Source of the DNA: Dehalococcoidia bacterium
GTDB taxonomy: Bacteria; Chloroflexota; Dehalococcoidia; Lucifugimonadales; UBA3495
Assembly (NCBI GenBank): GCA_965220095.1
Contig: CBDCPD010000004.1
Location: forward strand, 36,582-100,581
Length of the DNA stretch: 64,000 nt
Direction of reading: 5' to 3'
Shown: in pieces, positions 28,349 to 37,702 of the stretch
How positions within the stretch are numbered: the stretch's first letter is position 1
Layout of the letters: the number at the start of each line of letters is the position of its first letter
The notes under the pieces: generated by a model
Told to the model about the DNA's origin: nothing
Databases searched by the model: none
What the model saw: only the letters and a program-made list of their open reading frames with translations
Made by a program: the position numbers and the translations under genes

Positions 28349-28577
28349 CCCCCTTATTGTCGTTAATCAGCGCGCCCGGCGGATCGCGCCATTACTGCGG
28401 GGCGGGCGACGCCGGGAGACGGACGGCAAGAGGGGTGGGGTTGGCAACTGCTCACAAATTAGTGGGTTTTAGTGTGTCATAGTAGTCAATGGTCATACCG
28501 ACCGGCTTGTACGGTGTTGTCTGAGGCACTTTGGCAGTTGGAGCCGCTGCGTACGCCCGTTCTGATATGATGCAATC

Positions 28578-29846
28578 ATGACACGTCGCAGCCGAGGTCA
28601 TCAGACATCTGTTGGCTTGAACCCGGCTCAAGGTCCGCTGGTGGCCACTTATCAAACTCGCGTCTCTGACTATACGGGCTTGGACCGTGAGGCTGGAGAT
28701 GCGGCGTTGGCGGCCTACGGCGAGCTGTACGGCCAGGTACAGCGGAAGCTGTTTGCCGACGTGGCGGCAGGCCGGTCGGCGGTGACGCTGAAGAGCGAGT
28801 ACATCAAGAAGCACGGGATACTGGCGCGGCTGTTCAATGGGGTGCGGATTACGCTGGACGGCAAGGTGTCGGCGGTGCGGGAGTCTCAGCTTTTGCAACT
28901 GGATAGCCTGAGGCGTCGGATTGATCGGGCCCAGCGGCAGGTTTCCGATGCCGCTGAGCGGGGCCGATGGGATCAGGTTCATCAGAAGAAGCGGCGGCTG
29001 GCTAATCTTGGACACAGGCTGGTTGGACTGGAAGCCGACATTGCGGAGGGCTTGGTACGGCTGTGCTTCGGCTCCAAGAAGTTGTGGCGGAAGCAGTATG
29101 ACCTGAAGGCCAATGGCTATGCCAGTCGTGAGGCATGGCTCGCAGAATGGCGGGATGTCCGCAGCGACGAGTTCTTCGTGCTGGGCAGCCGGGATGAGAC
29201 GGCGGGATGCCAGCTGTGCGTGGCGTCCGTCAATGACGACGGCACGCTGACGCTGCGGTTGCGGATGCGGGACGGCCTGGCGGAATTGCACGGCAAGTAC
29301 CTGGTGGTTCCAAACGTGAGGTTTGCTTCTGGACATGAGGTGGCGCTGTCGGCGCTGGGAAGCAACACCGAGTACGCGGTGTACCGGCGGCAGCATGGTG
29401 AGAAGGAGGCGCGAGTTACCGCGCTCGGCCAGGCTATCAGCTACCGCTTCAAGCGTGATGCGAAAGGTTGGCGGGTATTCGCCACCACGGAATTGCCGGA
29501 TGTGGAGGTCACGACGGACCGGCGGCGTGGAGCGGTCGGGGTGGACCTGAATGCGGATCATCTGGCCGTAGTCGAGACTGATGCGAGTGGCAACTACGTG
29601 AACGCCTGGCGGGTGCCGCTGGTGACCTACGGCAAAAGCAACCATCAGGCGGAGGCTCTGATTGGAGATACGGTGGCCAGGGTGGTGGAGTACGCGCGTG
29701 GAGCCGGGAAGCCGTTGGTGATTGAGAAGCTGGACTTCCGACAGAAGAAAGCTGTGCTGGAGGGAGAGTCCCGCAAGTACTCCCGGATGCTGTCGTCCTT
29801 TGCGTACGGCAAGGTGAAGGCGTGCTTTTTGTCCCGAGGTTACCGG
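28578..29846 (+). pseudogene. TnpB-related (RuvC-like, no zinc finger) gene, 5' part, interrupted
   Basis: 423 codons. RuvC-I-like GAVGVDLNADHLAVVETD; RuvC-II-like KPLVIEKLDF. It ends ...FLSRGYR at the insertion point. Confidence 0.7.
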
Positions 29847-30057
29847 GGCTTTGCACAAATAATCAGTTTTTGGCCGATTTTTTGTTCAATCCAGCCCCAG
29901 AACTTGGGGCAGTTCGGAAGTAGCAGCGGTATGTTCAGCGACGGAGATTGGGGCACTTGGTGCCGTTGCTGACATGGTGGGCGGCGGCTGCCGAGATACC
30001 GAAGGCGGGCCGCGGCCGTAGATCGGAGAGCTGAAAGCGCGACGGGTATGCTGGAGA

Positions 30058-30447
30058 TTACGGCGGCGCGGGAAGTTGCGTTTCGACCAGCGCGATGTAG
30101 TCGTGGGCATCCAGCATGCCGGCCTGGACGGCGGCGGCGCTGCGGGTGTTTTCGTAGAAATTGACGTGGAGTTGCTCGACGGCGTTAAAGAGCGCCAAGA
30201 AATCTTGGTTGCCGGTGCCTTGGGCCGGGTTGCGCGCGATTCTTTTCAGGCTTGCGTGGCTGCGGTGGAAGGCGGGCGGTGTCAGACTCTCTGCGTAAGC
30301 CTTCGTAATTTGGGCGACGGCTCCCCAGGCTTTTTCGGAGGCTTGTCTCAGGTCTCCGCGCTGGAACTCGGTTTGGGCCTGTTGTAGCAAATGGTGGGCA
30401 GCCGTTCGGTAGGTGACGGTGGTCAATTGCGTTCTCCGCGGGCGCAT
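30058..30447 (-). CDS. PaREP1-family (HEPN-superfamily-like) small protein
   Basis: Motifs ASEKAWGAVAQITKAYA ... HRSHASL ... LHVNFYEN, as remembered for PaREP1-type proteins. Confidence 0.5.
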   Translation of the reverse strand: MRPRRTQLTTVTYRTAAHHLLQQAQTEFQRGDLRQASEKAWGAVAQITKAYAESLTPPAFHRSHASLKRIARNPAQGTGNQDFLALFNAVEQLHVNFYENTRSAAAVQAGMLDAHDYIALVETQLPAPP

Positions 30448-30453
30448 TTCGGT

Positions 30454-30840
30454 TCAGCCGCTCAAATGGCGGCTCATGCGTTGGATGAATTCGCCGGTGA
30501 AGGTGACCCTTTGCTGGAGATCTTGGGAGTCGAGTGCCTCAATGAAGGTATCTGGGTCGAGGACCTCGGCGCTGGCGAAAAGAGTGAAGATCCGGCGGTC
30601 TTTGGTCTTGAGGCTGAATTGCAGGACAGTTTCGGCCGGTGTCTGCACAGGACCCAGCCGCCACGGTTCGCTGATGGCTGCTGCTTCGATGACGGTGAGG
30701 GCGGCTTGCCATGCTTTGGAACGGGCCTCGGCCTGCTGTCCGGTTTGCGATGCCCGGATATCTTCGCCGTGGAGTGTTTTGGAACGGTCTTGGAGTTCTC
30801 GTACAGTTGTCATGGTGAGGCTCTCTACTTTGGGAGACAT
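30454..30840 (-). CDS. Divergent PaREP1-like paralogue (128 aa)
   Basis: RSKAWQAALTVIEAAA ... LFASAEVLDPDTFIEA parallels the neighbouring protein. There is a 6-bp gap to the downstream gene. Confidence 0.4.
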   Translation of the reverse strand: MSPKVESLTMTTVRELQDRSKTLHGEDIRASQTGQQAEARSKAWQAALTVIEAAAISEPWRLGPVQTPAETVLQFSLKTKDRRIFTLFASAEVLDPDTFIEALDSQDLQQRVTFTGEFIQRMSRHLSG

Positions 30841-31047
30841 ACTGGCTTAGGCCGGTGATTTGATTGTGCAAGCACGAACCCTCGTGGTCAACCGCGTCGG
30901 TGTCGTGTTTCAGCATGTCCGAATCATCTTGTCGGTGCCAATGGCGACGGCGGCGATTGGGTAGTGACTCAGTTTGAAATGGCTCATTACGAGACTTGAT
31001 GATTGGGCTGTTCTCTCGTGTCTGGTGTGCTTGGGCGTATGCGGGAG

Positions 31048-32625
31048 CTACGTGAGCAGCATGAACGTGGAGAGTGGCATGACCACGATGCGTGGGTCGT
31101 CCATGGGCGGTGTGTCGGTCTGTGTAATCAGCAGTCCGAAGGGTGCGCGGTTGGCAGCCTGTTCGACGAAGGAACGGAGGCCCAGGGTGTCGCGGAACTG
31201 GTCGATGCGCCGCTGGTATTTGACCTCGATGGGGATCCGCTGGTCGCCCACGTTGAAGACGAAGTCCACCTCTTGGTTCCGTCCTTGTTCCGGTTGGTGG
31301 GCCACGTCGAGGCCCGGAATGGCCAGCGCGGTCGCGCCGAAGACGCTTTCCGCTATGTGTCCCGCCATGGTCGTTAGTTCGGGGCTTGCTGTGAGCGCGT
31401 CGGGGTCCAGGGGGATGAGTTCTTGGAGCCAGCTGGCTCTCAGGCTGTGGTCGGCCAGGCAGATTTTGGCGTTACCCCGGCTGCGCCGGAGGCGCGCCTC
31501 CGGCGGCATCACCAGTCTGACCAGCATGGTGTCGGCCAGGAGCTGCAGGTAGTCGCCGGCCTGCTGGGGTCTGACGTTTTGTCCCAGCGTGAGGCGGGCT
31601 TCTTCCGCCAGCCGTTGGTACGACGGTGCCTGCCCTGCGTACCGGCACGCCAGCCTGAAGACCGCGTCGAGCAGTGTTGCGTCGCGCGCTTGGCCGTCGG
31701 GCGTTGCCGTCATGTCGTGTTGCAGCACTCGCCGGATGACGGTCTCGTTGAGTTGGTCGGCCAAGAGTGGCCATTCGATGGTATTCAGGTTGTGGGCGAC
31801 CGGGTATCCGCCCCGCTCCGAGAAATGTCGGAAGGCTTGGTCTCGTACTTGGGAGTGGTCCAGCCCGTGCTGGACGATTTCCTGCCAAAACTCCTTCCTC
31901 AGGAGGTTCGACAGGCCGTTGTCCGGCATGAATGGGCTCTGGTCGTCGAGTCCCCTGAACTTGGCAACCTCGGTGAGCGACAGAGCAGTGGCCTCGACGG
32001 TGTGGAGACGTCCCGCGAGGCTGTCCCGTCCCTGTTCGATCCGGAGGGCAGAGCTGCCGGTCAGCATGACCTTAAGCGATGTGCTGTCCACTAGGGACTT
32101 GAGCTGGTTGCTCCAGCCGGGGATGTTCTGCACTTCGTCGACGAATAGGTGCGCTCTCTGGCCTTGGTGGGCCAAGTTATTGAATGCGTCGGTGGCGACG
32201 TTTTGCTCAAGCCAGTCGGCGATGCGCAGGATGGGGTCGATCAGTCCTTCGGTTGACGCAAGGTCGTCGAACTGGACCCGCATGATGTTGTTGGGCGGTA
32301 CGCCCTCGGCCAGTAGGTCGTCGATGATCTGGAGCTGGACGGTCGTCTTGCCGACTTGGCGTGGCCCGCGTACGGCGATGATGGGAGCGATACCGGAGTC
32401 CAGGCGTCGCCGCACACGGTCGACCAGGTGGCGCCGCGTCGGTGGCGTGGTTGGGGGCCGGATGCCAGCCCACCAAGGGTTGAACCGCCGTAGGTCGTCC
32501 GCCAGCTCCGCCGGGAAGTGACTTTCTTGACGTGTATTCAATTGGACCTCCTTCGCCTGCGGGACGGGGCCGCTGGTGTGCTTCTTGGCGGCGTGTCTTT
32601 GACCGTTTCGGTGAAGTGTTGCCAT
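31048..32625 (-). CDS. AAA+ ATPase of the AAA_14/DUF4143 type with C-terminal PD-(D/E)XK-like motif
   Basis: RFNPWW, Walker A GPRQVGKTT, Walker B LFVDEVQNIPGW, C-terminal EVDFVFNVGDQRIPIEVKY. Confidence 0.7.
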   Translation of the reverse strand: MATLHRNGQRHAAKKHTSGPVPQAKEVQLNTRQESHFPAELADDLRRFNPWWAGIRPPTTPPTRRHLVDRVRRRLDSGIAPIIAVRGPRQVGKTTVQLQIIDDLLAEGVPPNNIMRVQFDDLASTEGLIDPILRIADWLEQNVATDAFNNLAHQGQRAHLFVDEVQNIPGWSNQLKSLVDSTSLKVMLTGSSALRIEQGRDSLAGRLHTVEATALSLTEVAKFRGLDDQSPFMPDNGLSNLLRKEFWQEIVQHGLDHSQVRDQAFRHFSERGGYPVAHNLNTIEWPLLADQLNETVIRRVLQHDMTATPDGQARDATLLDAVFRLACRYAGQAPSYQRLAEEARLTLGQNVRPQQAGDYLQLLADTMLVRLVMPPEARLRRSRGNAKICLADHSLRASWLQELIPLDPDALTASPELTTMAGHIAESVFGATALAIPGLDVAHQPEQGRNQEVDFVFNVGDQRIPIEVKYQRRIDQFRDTLGLRSFVEQAANRAPFGLLITQTDTPPMDDPRIVVMPLSTFMLLT

Positions 32626-32957
32626 TATGGTGTTTTGTAATATGCCATTTCAAATTGCGTCACTACCGGCGATTGTGCCGGTGGCGCAATCCTGAGACCA
32701 CCAAAGGGATGTGGCCACGCTGATCAGACCACAGACCATGGGCTGAGTAATGGGTTGGCGAAGCCGTGTTCCTGCAGACCTGGTTGGGGTCAGGTTCTGG
32801 GAGCCACGAAGCGGAGTGGTTCAAGGCTCTTGCTAGCGGCGATCCATGGGTAATCGCGGGCCATCTGCAGGGGCATTTTTTGTTCAGGATTCCGCCTGGT
32901 TAGTGATTAACGACAATAAGGAATGCCGGTAGCGGCGACTATTTTTGCCGGTCAGGA

Positions 32958-34494
32958 TTGGGTAAGACCATCCGGCACGGAGGTGCCGGATTGATCAAAG
33001 ACCGACAAGTCGCATTGTTGAGGCAGAAACTTATGGAAGGAAAGACACAAGAGACGGCAGCCGCGAAGGCTGGGATGAGCGTGCGCTCGGCGAGGAAGTG
33101 GCAGAGTGGCCCGTTGCCGTCGGAGAGTAAACAAGAGCGCTGGTGGCGCACCCGGTCCGACCCCTTTGACGGGGTGTGGGAAGAAGAGATTGAGCCCCTG
33201 CTGCGGGGAGATCCCAAGGGCAAGCTGAAAGCAACGACAATTATCGAGTGGCTTGAAGAGCAGCATCCCGGCCGGTTCAGCGCCTCCCAGCTCAGGACGC
33301 TGCAACGACGATTACAGGACTGGCGGGCGCTCAACGGTCCCGATCAGGAGGTTTACTTCCCCCAGGAGCATCCGCCGGGTCGCGAAGCCCAGTTTGATTT
33401 CACCCACTGCAATGCCCTGGGCGTGACCATCGCCGGACAGTCCTATCCCCACCTGCTGTTCCAGCTGATCCTCAGCCACTCGGGCTGGCGCTACGCCGAG
33501 GTCGCCGCCGGCGAGACCTTCCTGGCGCTCAAGCAGGGATTGCAGGCGGCACTGTGGGCCTTGGGCGGCGCCCCCCGAGGTGATGCGCTCCGACAATACT
33601 TCAGCCGCCACCCACGAGATGAAACGCAGCCGCGGCCGGGCGCTAAACGACAATTATGCTGCCCTGCTGGACCACTACGGCCTCTGCTCCACCCGTATCA
33701 ATCGCGGCAAGAGCCACGAAAACGGCGTCGCCGAGTACGCCCACTACCTCCTGAAGGATGCCGTCGACCAGGCCCTGATCCTGCGCGGCAGCCGCGATTT
33801 CCACACCGCCGCCGACTACGCCCACTTCGTGCGGGAGATGGTCGCCAAGCGTAATCGCCTGGTGAAGGGGAAGCTGGAGCAGGAATTGGCTTGCCTAGGG
33901 CCCCTGCCCCCAGCTCCGATGCCGGAATACGCCAACTACCGGTCCAAGGTGCGCCGGTGGAGCACCATCCGGGTAGCGGGACGGAGCTACAGCGTACCCT
34001 CCCGTCTCATCGGCAGGGAGGTACAGATCCGTCTGTACGCCGACGGGGTGGAAGTGTACTACAAGGGCCACTTTGTGGAACGCATGGAGAGAGTGCACGG
34101 TGATGGGGAAGTAAACGTCAATTACCGCCACGTCATCAATTCCCTGGTGCGCAAGCCGGGCGCCTTCGCCCGCTACCGCTTCAGAGAGCAGCTCTTTCCC
34201 ACCATGCACTTCCGCCTGGCTTACGACGCGCTCAGGGAGTGGCGCCGTGAGCGTGCCGACGTGGAGTACGTGCGGATCCTGCACCTGGCGGCCACCACCA
34301 TGGAGGCCAACGTCGACAGCGCCTTGTCGCTGCTGCTGGAAGCGGGTCAGCCCTTCGACTACGCCGAGGTGCGGGAGCTGGCCGAGCCCAAGGTGCCCGA
34401 AGCCCCGGCGCTGGTAATTTCCGGCCAGCCGGACCTGAAGATCTACGACCGCCTGCTCACCGGCAGCCTGGCTGTGGTGGGGGTGTGCGCATGA
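32958..34494 (+). pseudogene. istA: IS21-family transposase IstA, with a +1 frameshift in a C6 run at 33571-33576
   Basis: N-terminal HTH plus DDE region in frame 1 up to ...ALWALGGAP. It continues as EVMRSDNTSAATHEM... in the 33580..34494 frame. This could be a real inactivation or a homopolymer error. Confidence 0.75.
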
Positions 34495-35273
34495 TGGATA
34501 CCGACACCGGCGTCATGCAGGACCGCATCAGCCAGCTGTGCCACCAATTCAAGCTGCCCACCATGGGCACCCAGTCGGTGGCCCGTTTCACCGAAGCCGG
34601 CCACGGCGACGCCCTGCCCACCTTCCTGGAGGTGCTGGAACAGGAAGCCGAAGATCGCCGCCACCGTCGCATCAACCGGGTGCGTCAGGCGTCCCGGCTA
34701 CCCTCGGGCAAGACCTGGGAGACCTTCGAGCACCACCGGGTGCCCCTGGCCCTCAGGCAGCAACTGGACCAGCTGGCCCAGGGCAGCTTCGTGGAACACG
34801 GCGTCAACGTGCTGGCCTTCGGACTGCCTGGCACCGGCAAGACCCACGCGCTGTGCGCCCTGGGACACCGGCTGGTGGAAACCGGACACTCCGTCCTCTT
34901 TGCACCGGCCTACCGCCTGGTGCAGGACCTGCTCGCCGCCAAGCGCGACTTCGCCCTGCCCAGACAACTGCGCAGGCTGGACAACTTCGACTTCCTGCTC
35001 CTGGACGATCTCGGCTACCTGCCCCAGGGTACCGAGGAATCCGAGGTCCTCTTCACACTCATTGCCGAACGCTACGAACGGAGGTCGCTGGGCATAACGT
35101 CCAACCTGGTTTTCTCCGAATGGGAACGCATCTTCGCCAACCCCATGGCCACCGCTGCGGCTATCGACCGGGTGGTGCACCACTCCATCATCCTCGAGTT
35201 TGACGTCCCCAGCTACCGGACTGATGCAGCTCAGCAGCGGGGCCAGTCAGAGGAGGTGAACCGGCAAAACTAA
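34491..35273 (+). CDS. istB: IS21-family helper ATPase IstB
   Basis: GLPGTGKTHAL, FLLLDDLGY. The start overlaps the istA stop (ATGA). Confidence 0.85.
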   Translation: MMDTDTGVMQDRISQLCHQFKLPTMGTQSVARFTEAGHGDALPTFLEVLEQEAEDRRHRRINRVRQASRLPSGKTWETFEHHRVPLALRQQLDQLAQGSFVEHGVNVLAFGLPGTGKTHALCALGHRLVETGHSVLFAPAYRLVQDLLAAKRDFALPRQLRRLDNFDFLLLDDLGYLPQGTEESEVLFTLIAERYERRSLGITSNLVFSEWERIFANPMATAAAIDRVVHHSIILEFDVPSYRTDAAQQRGQSEEVNRQN

Positions 35274-35353
35274 TCGACGATAAATCGGCAAAAGTAGTTG
35301 ACGCGGGACAGGTTAGACCCAAAACCTCATTTTTTGTGCAAGGCCGGTTACCG

Positions 35354-35517
35354 GCAGGGCAATCGCATTCTCAAAAACGATGGGCGTAGGGAGCCGGATT
35401 CCGTTCCGGCACAACGTCAACCGCCTTCAATCTTTGCTGGACCAGACGTATTCAACCTCGGCAACCGCAAATTCAGACGCTGGTTGTTGCCTCCAGATGA
35501 GAATGCGATTGCCCTGC
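35354..35517. mobile_element. 164-bp MITE-like insertion with perfect 19-bp terminal inverted repeats
   Basis: gcagggcaatcgcattctc ... gagaatgcgattgccctgc. It is flanked by GGTTACCG on both sides. Confidence 0.65.
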
Positions 35518-35526
35518 GGTTACCGG

Positions 35527-35872
35527 GAAGGAGTTGAAATCATAGCGGTCAACCCGGCGTACAGTTCCGTCGTGGGCCGGGTGAAGTTCATGGAGCGATA
35601 CGGGCTGACGGTACATCAGGCTGCGGCCTTGGTGCTGGCCCGTCGCTATCTTGGTTGTTCGGAGCGCATCCCGCGTCGATTGGGTATGTCCGGTCGGCAA
35701 TGGCGTTCAGGTCGCCTTCACCGTACCCGTGAGGAAGCGAGTGAAGCACGTGTGGACGTACTGGGGAGCGATAGCGGGGCAACTGAGACCGGCGCTTGCA
35801 GCGCAGCATCGGCTGGGGAGACCCAATCCGGTTCGGGCTGTCGTGAGTGGTAAGACACGCGCGGTGGCTTGA
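35527..35872 (+). pseudogene. TnpB-related gene, 3' part (RuvC-III-like region), with an additional frameshift near 35650-35700
   Basis: EGVEIIAVNPAYSSVVGRVKFMERYGLTVHQAAALVLARR continues in frame from ...FLSRGYR at 29846. The tail is better in the 35651..35872 frame (VCPVGNGVQVAFTVPVRKRVKHVWTYW). Confidence 0.65.
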
Positions 35873-36085
35873 GCGGGGATCCGTTCGGTGTTCCCGGGTG
35901 AGAGTCCCGGGCGTAGCCGTCTTGAACAGTTGGGGCGGCGGCGCGGCGTAGACCACGTCATCACGAAAGGCTGACGGCAGTCTTGTAACTAAAGTCAACC
36001 ATTTTTACAACGGTAGTGATACGCTTATTGTCCCTCCGATGGGTCATCCCACCCATCGGCTGGTTCAACTGGAGGTGAGACCCAA

Positions 36086-37087
36086 TTGCGGCACCAGAAC
36101 AACGGGCATGGCGCTGGCAAGACCGACGCCCAACCCAGCTCAGTCCTGATCACTGGAGCGGCCGGCTTCGGCGGCTCTTACCTGACGCGGGCGCTCCTGC
36201 ACCTGGGCTACTGGGTAACCGGCTTGGACACCTCGCCACCATCCCACGCCGGCCTGCTGCGGCGTGAACTGGAACACCCCAACTTCCGCTACCTCTGGAA
36301 GAGCCTCCAAGACATCCAGCCCGACGACGTTGACGGCCATTCGGTGGTGGCCCACCTGGCCGCGCAGGCCGACACGCCTCTGGCCTTCGACTCTCCCCGC
36401 TACACGGTGATGCAGAACATCGACGGCACCGTGGCCTTGCTGGAGGCGGTGCGCCGCTCCGGCGGGATTGAAAAGCTGCTCTACGCCGGCTCGGGCAACG
36501 AGATCGGCCGGCCGCTGCAACTGCCCATCGACGAAAGCCACCCGTTGACGCCGCACAACCCCTATGGCTTCTCCAAGGCGGCCGCCGAACTGGCGGTGTG
36601 GTCGTGGCAGCGGGCCTACGGGGTACCCGCCGTGGTGCTCAGCACCGGCGTGGTCATCGGCCCCAGGATGCGCCGGGAGGTATTCATCTTCAAGTGGCTG
36701 TGGAACGCCATGCACGGCCGGCCCATCGTGGTGGAGGGAGGACAGCAGACCAGGGACCTGTCCTTCATCGACGACGTGGTAGCGGCCTGGGCGCTGGCAA
36801 TCCAGGCTCCGCCCGAGCGGGTGGTGGGCGAGAAGTTCTTCGTCAGTTGTGGCGAGGAGCGCACCGTGGCGGAGTTGGCCGAATGGTGCCGGACCGCCGT
36901 CGGCGCCGACGTTCCCATCGAGCACGTGGGCTACCGGCCCGGCGAGGAGGGCCAGCGGGAAGCCTTCTCGGTGGAAAAGGCGCGGCGCGTGCTGGGACAT
37001 GTCCCGAAGGTGTCTGCCATGGAAGCCGTCCACCTAACCGCCGATTGGGTGAGAACCCTCGCCCAAACCGCGCCAGCGGAAGCGTAG
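36086..37087 (+). CDS. NAD-dependent sugar-nucleotide epimerase/dehydratase (SDR family)
   Basis: GAAGFGGSYL Rossmann motif, YGFSKAAAE catalytic YxxxK. TTG start. Confidence 0.8.
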   Translation: MRHQNNGHGAGKTDAQPSSVLITGAAGFGGSYLTRALLHLGYWVTGLDTSPPSHAGLLRRELEHPNFRYLWKSLQDIQPDDVDGHSVVAHLAAQADTPLAFDSPRYTVMQNIDGTVALLEAVRRSGGIEKLLYAGSGNEIGRPLQLPIDESHPLTPHNPYGFSKAAAELAVWSWQRAYGVPAVVLSTGVVIGPRMRREVFIFKWLWNAMHGRPIVVEGGQQTRDLSFIDDVVAAWALAIQAPPERVVGEKFFVSCGEERTVAELAEWCRTAVGADVPIEHVGYRPGEEGQREAFSVEKARRVLGHVPKVSAMEAVHLTADWVRTLAQTAPAEA

Positions 37088-37702
37088 CTGGTCTGAATCC
37101 CGCCACAAAACCAGGGCGTCCAGGTAGTCGGGCCAGGCGAACCCGCCGACGTGCAAGCCGTACAGGCTGCCCACCAGGACCGCCAGCACGGCGTCGTGGG
37201 TGACGAACAGGCCGAGTCGTCCTTGCGTTTCCGGATGTGAGGTCAGCAGGTCCAGCAGCAGCCTGACTCCCTCGGCAGCCGACCTCATCCCGTCCGGCGG
37301 TGTGGCATCCGCCAACTGGCGTTCCACCACGCCCTCGGGTCCGATTTCCAGGAATAGCGGTCCGGCCAGTTCCGACGCCATGACGAATGGGCCTGGAGCG
37401 CCCAGCCGCTGATCGGGCACGGCAACGGCGTCCCAGCCGGCGCCGGCGATGATGCTCTCGGCGGTCTGTATGCATCTGGGCAGGGGACTGGTCCGGACGA
37501 CGGCCACAGGGCGGGATGATAAAGCCTCTCCGAGACGGCGGGACGACGTGATGCCTTGCCGGGTCAACGGCACGTCGTTGCCGTAACCATACGGAGGAAT
37601 CGCTTCCCGCTCGGCGTGGCGCAGCGCCAGGGCAACGGCGGCGGCGTCCGGAGTTGGCGTGAGCAATGCCAGGGTGCGGCTTACCCCGTCGGGCCCGCTC
37701 AT
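37034..37702 (-). CDS. Histidine phosphatase (phosphoglycerate-mutase-like) family protein
   Basis: LRHAERE motif near the N-terminus and VTHDAVL near the C-terminus. The start overlaps the upstream stop by 4 nt. Confidence 0.65.
   Translation of the reverse strand: MSGPDGVSRTLALLTPTPDAAAVALALRHAEREAIPPYGYGNDVPLTRQGITSSRRLGEALSSRPVAVVRTSPLPRCIQTAESIIAGAGWDAVAVPDQRLGAPGPFVMASELAGPLFLEIGPEGVVERQLADATPPDGMRSAAEGVRLLLDLLTSHPETQGRLGLFVTHDAVLAVLVGSLYGLHVGGFAWPDYLDALVLWRDSDQLRFRWRGLGEGSHPIGG

Larger units (their letters stand above)
29847..35345 (+). mobile_element. IS21-family element (5,499 bp) carrying a 3-gene passenger region
   Basis: The ends ggctttgcacaaataatcagtttttgg and reverse-complement ggccttgcacaaaaaatgaggttttgg match at 24 of 27 positions. 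It is flanked by GGTTACCGG on both sides. istA-istB occupy the right 2.4 kb. Confidence 0.8.

Noticed and set aside
28146-28577. Idea that repeat copy 3 is a 5'-encoded guide RNA (an IscB-like arrangement) for the TnpB-related ORF starting 230 bp downstream.
   Set aside because: The other copies have no such ORF downstream, and copy 2 lies 3' of a canonical tnpB remnant. The conserved end faces the ORF, as a transposon right end would. The adjacency is more simply explained by independent insertions.
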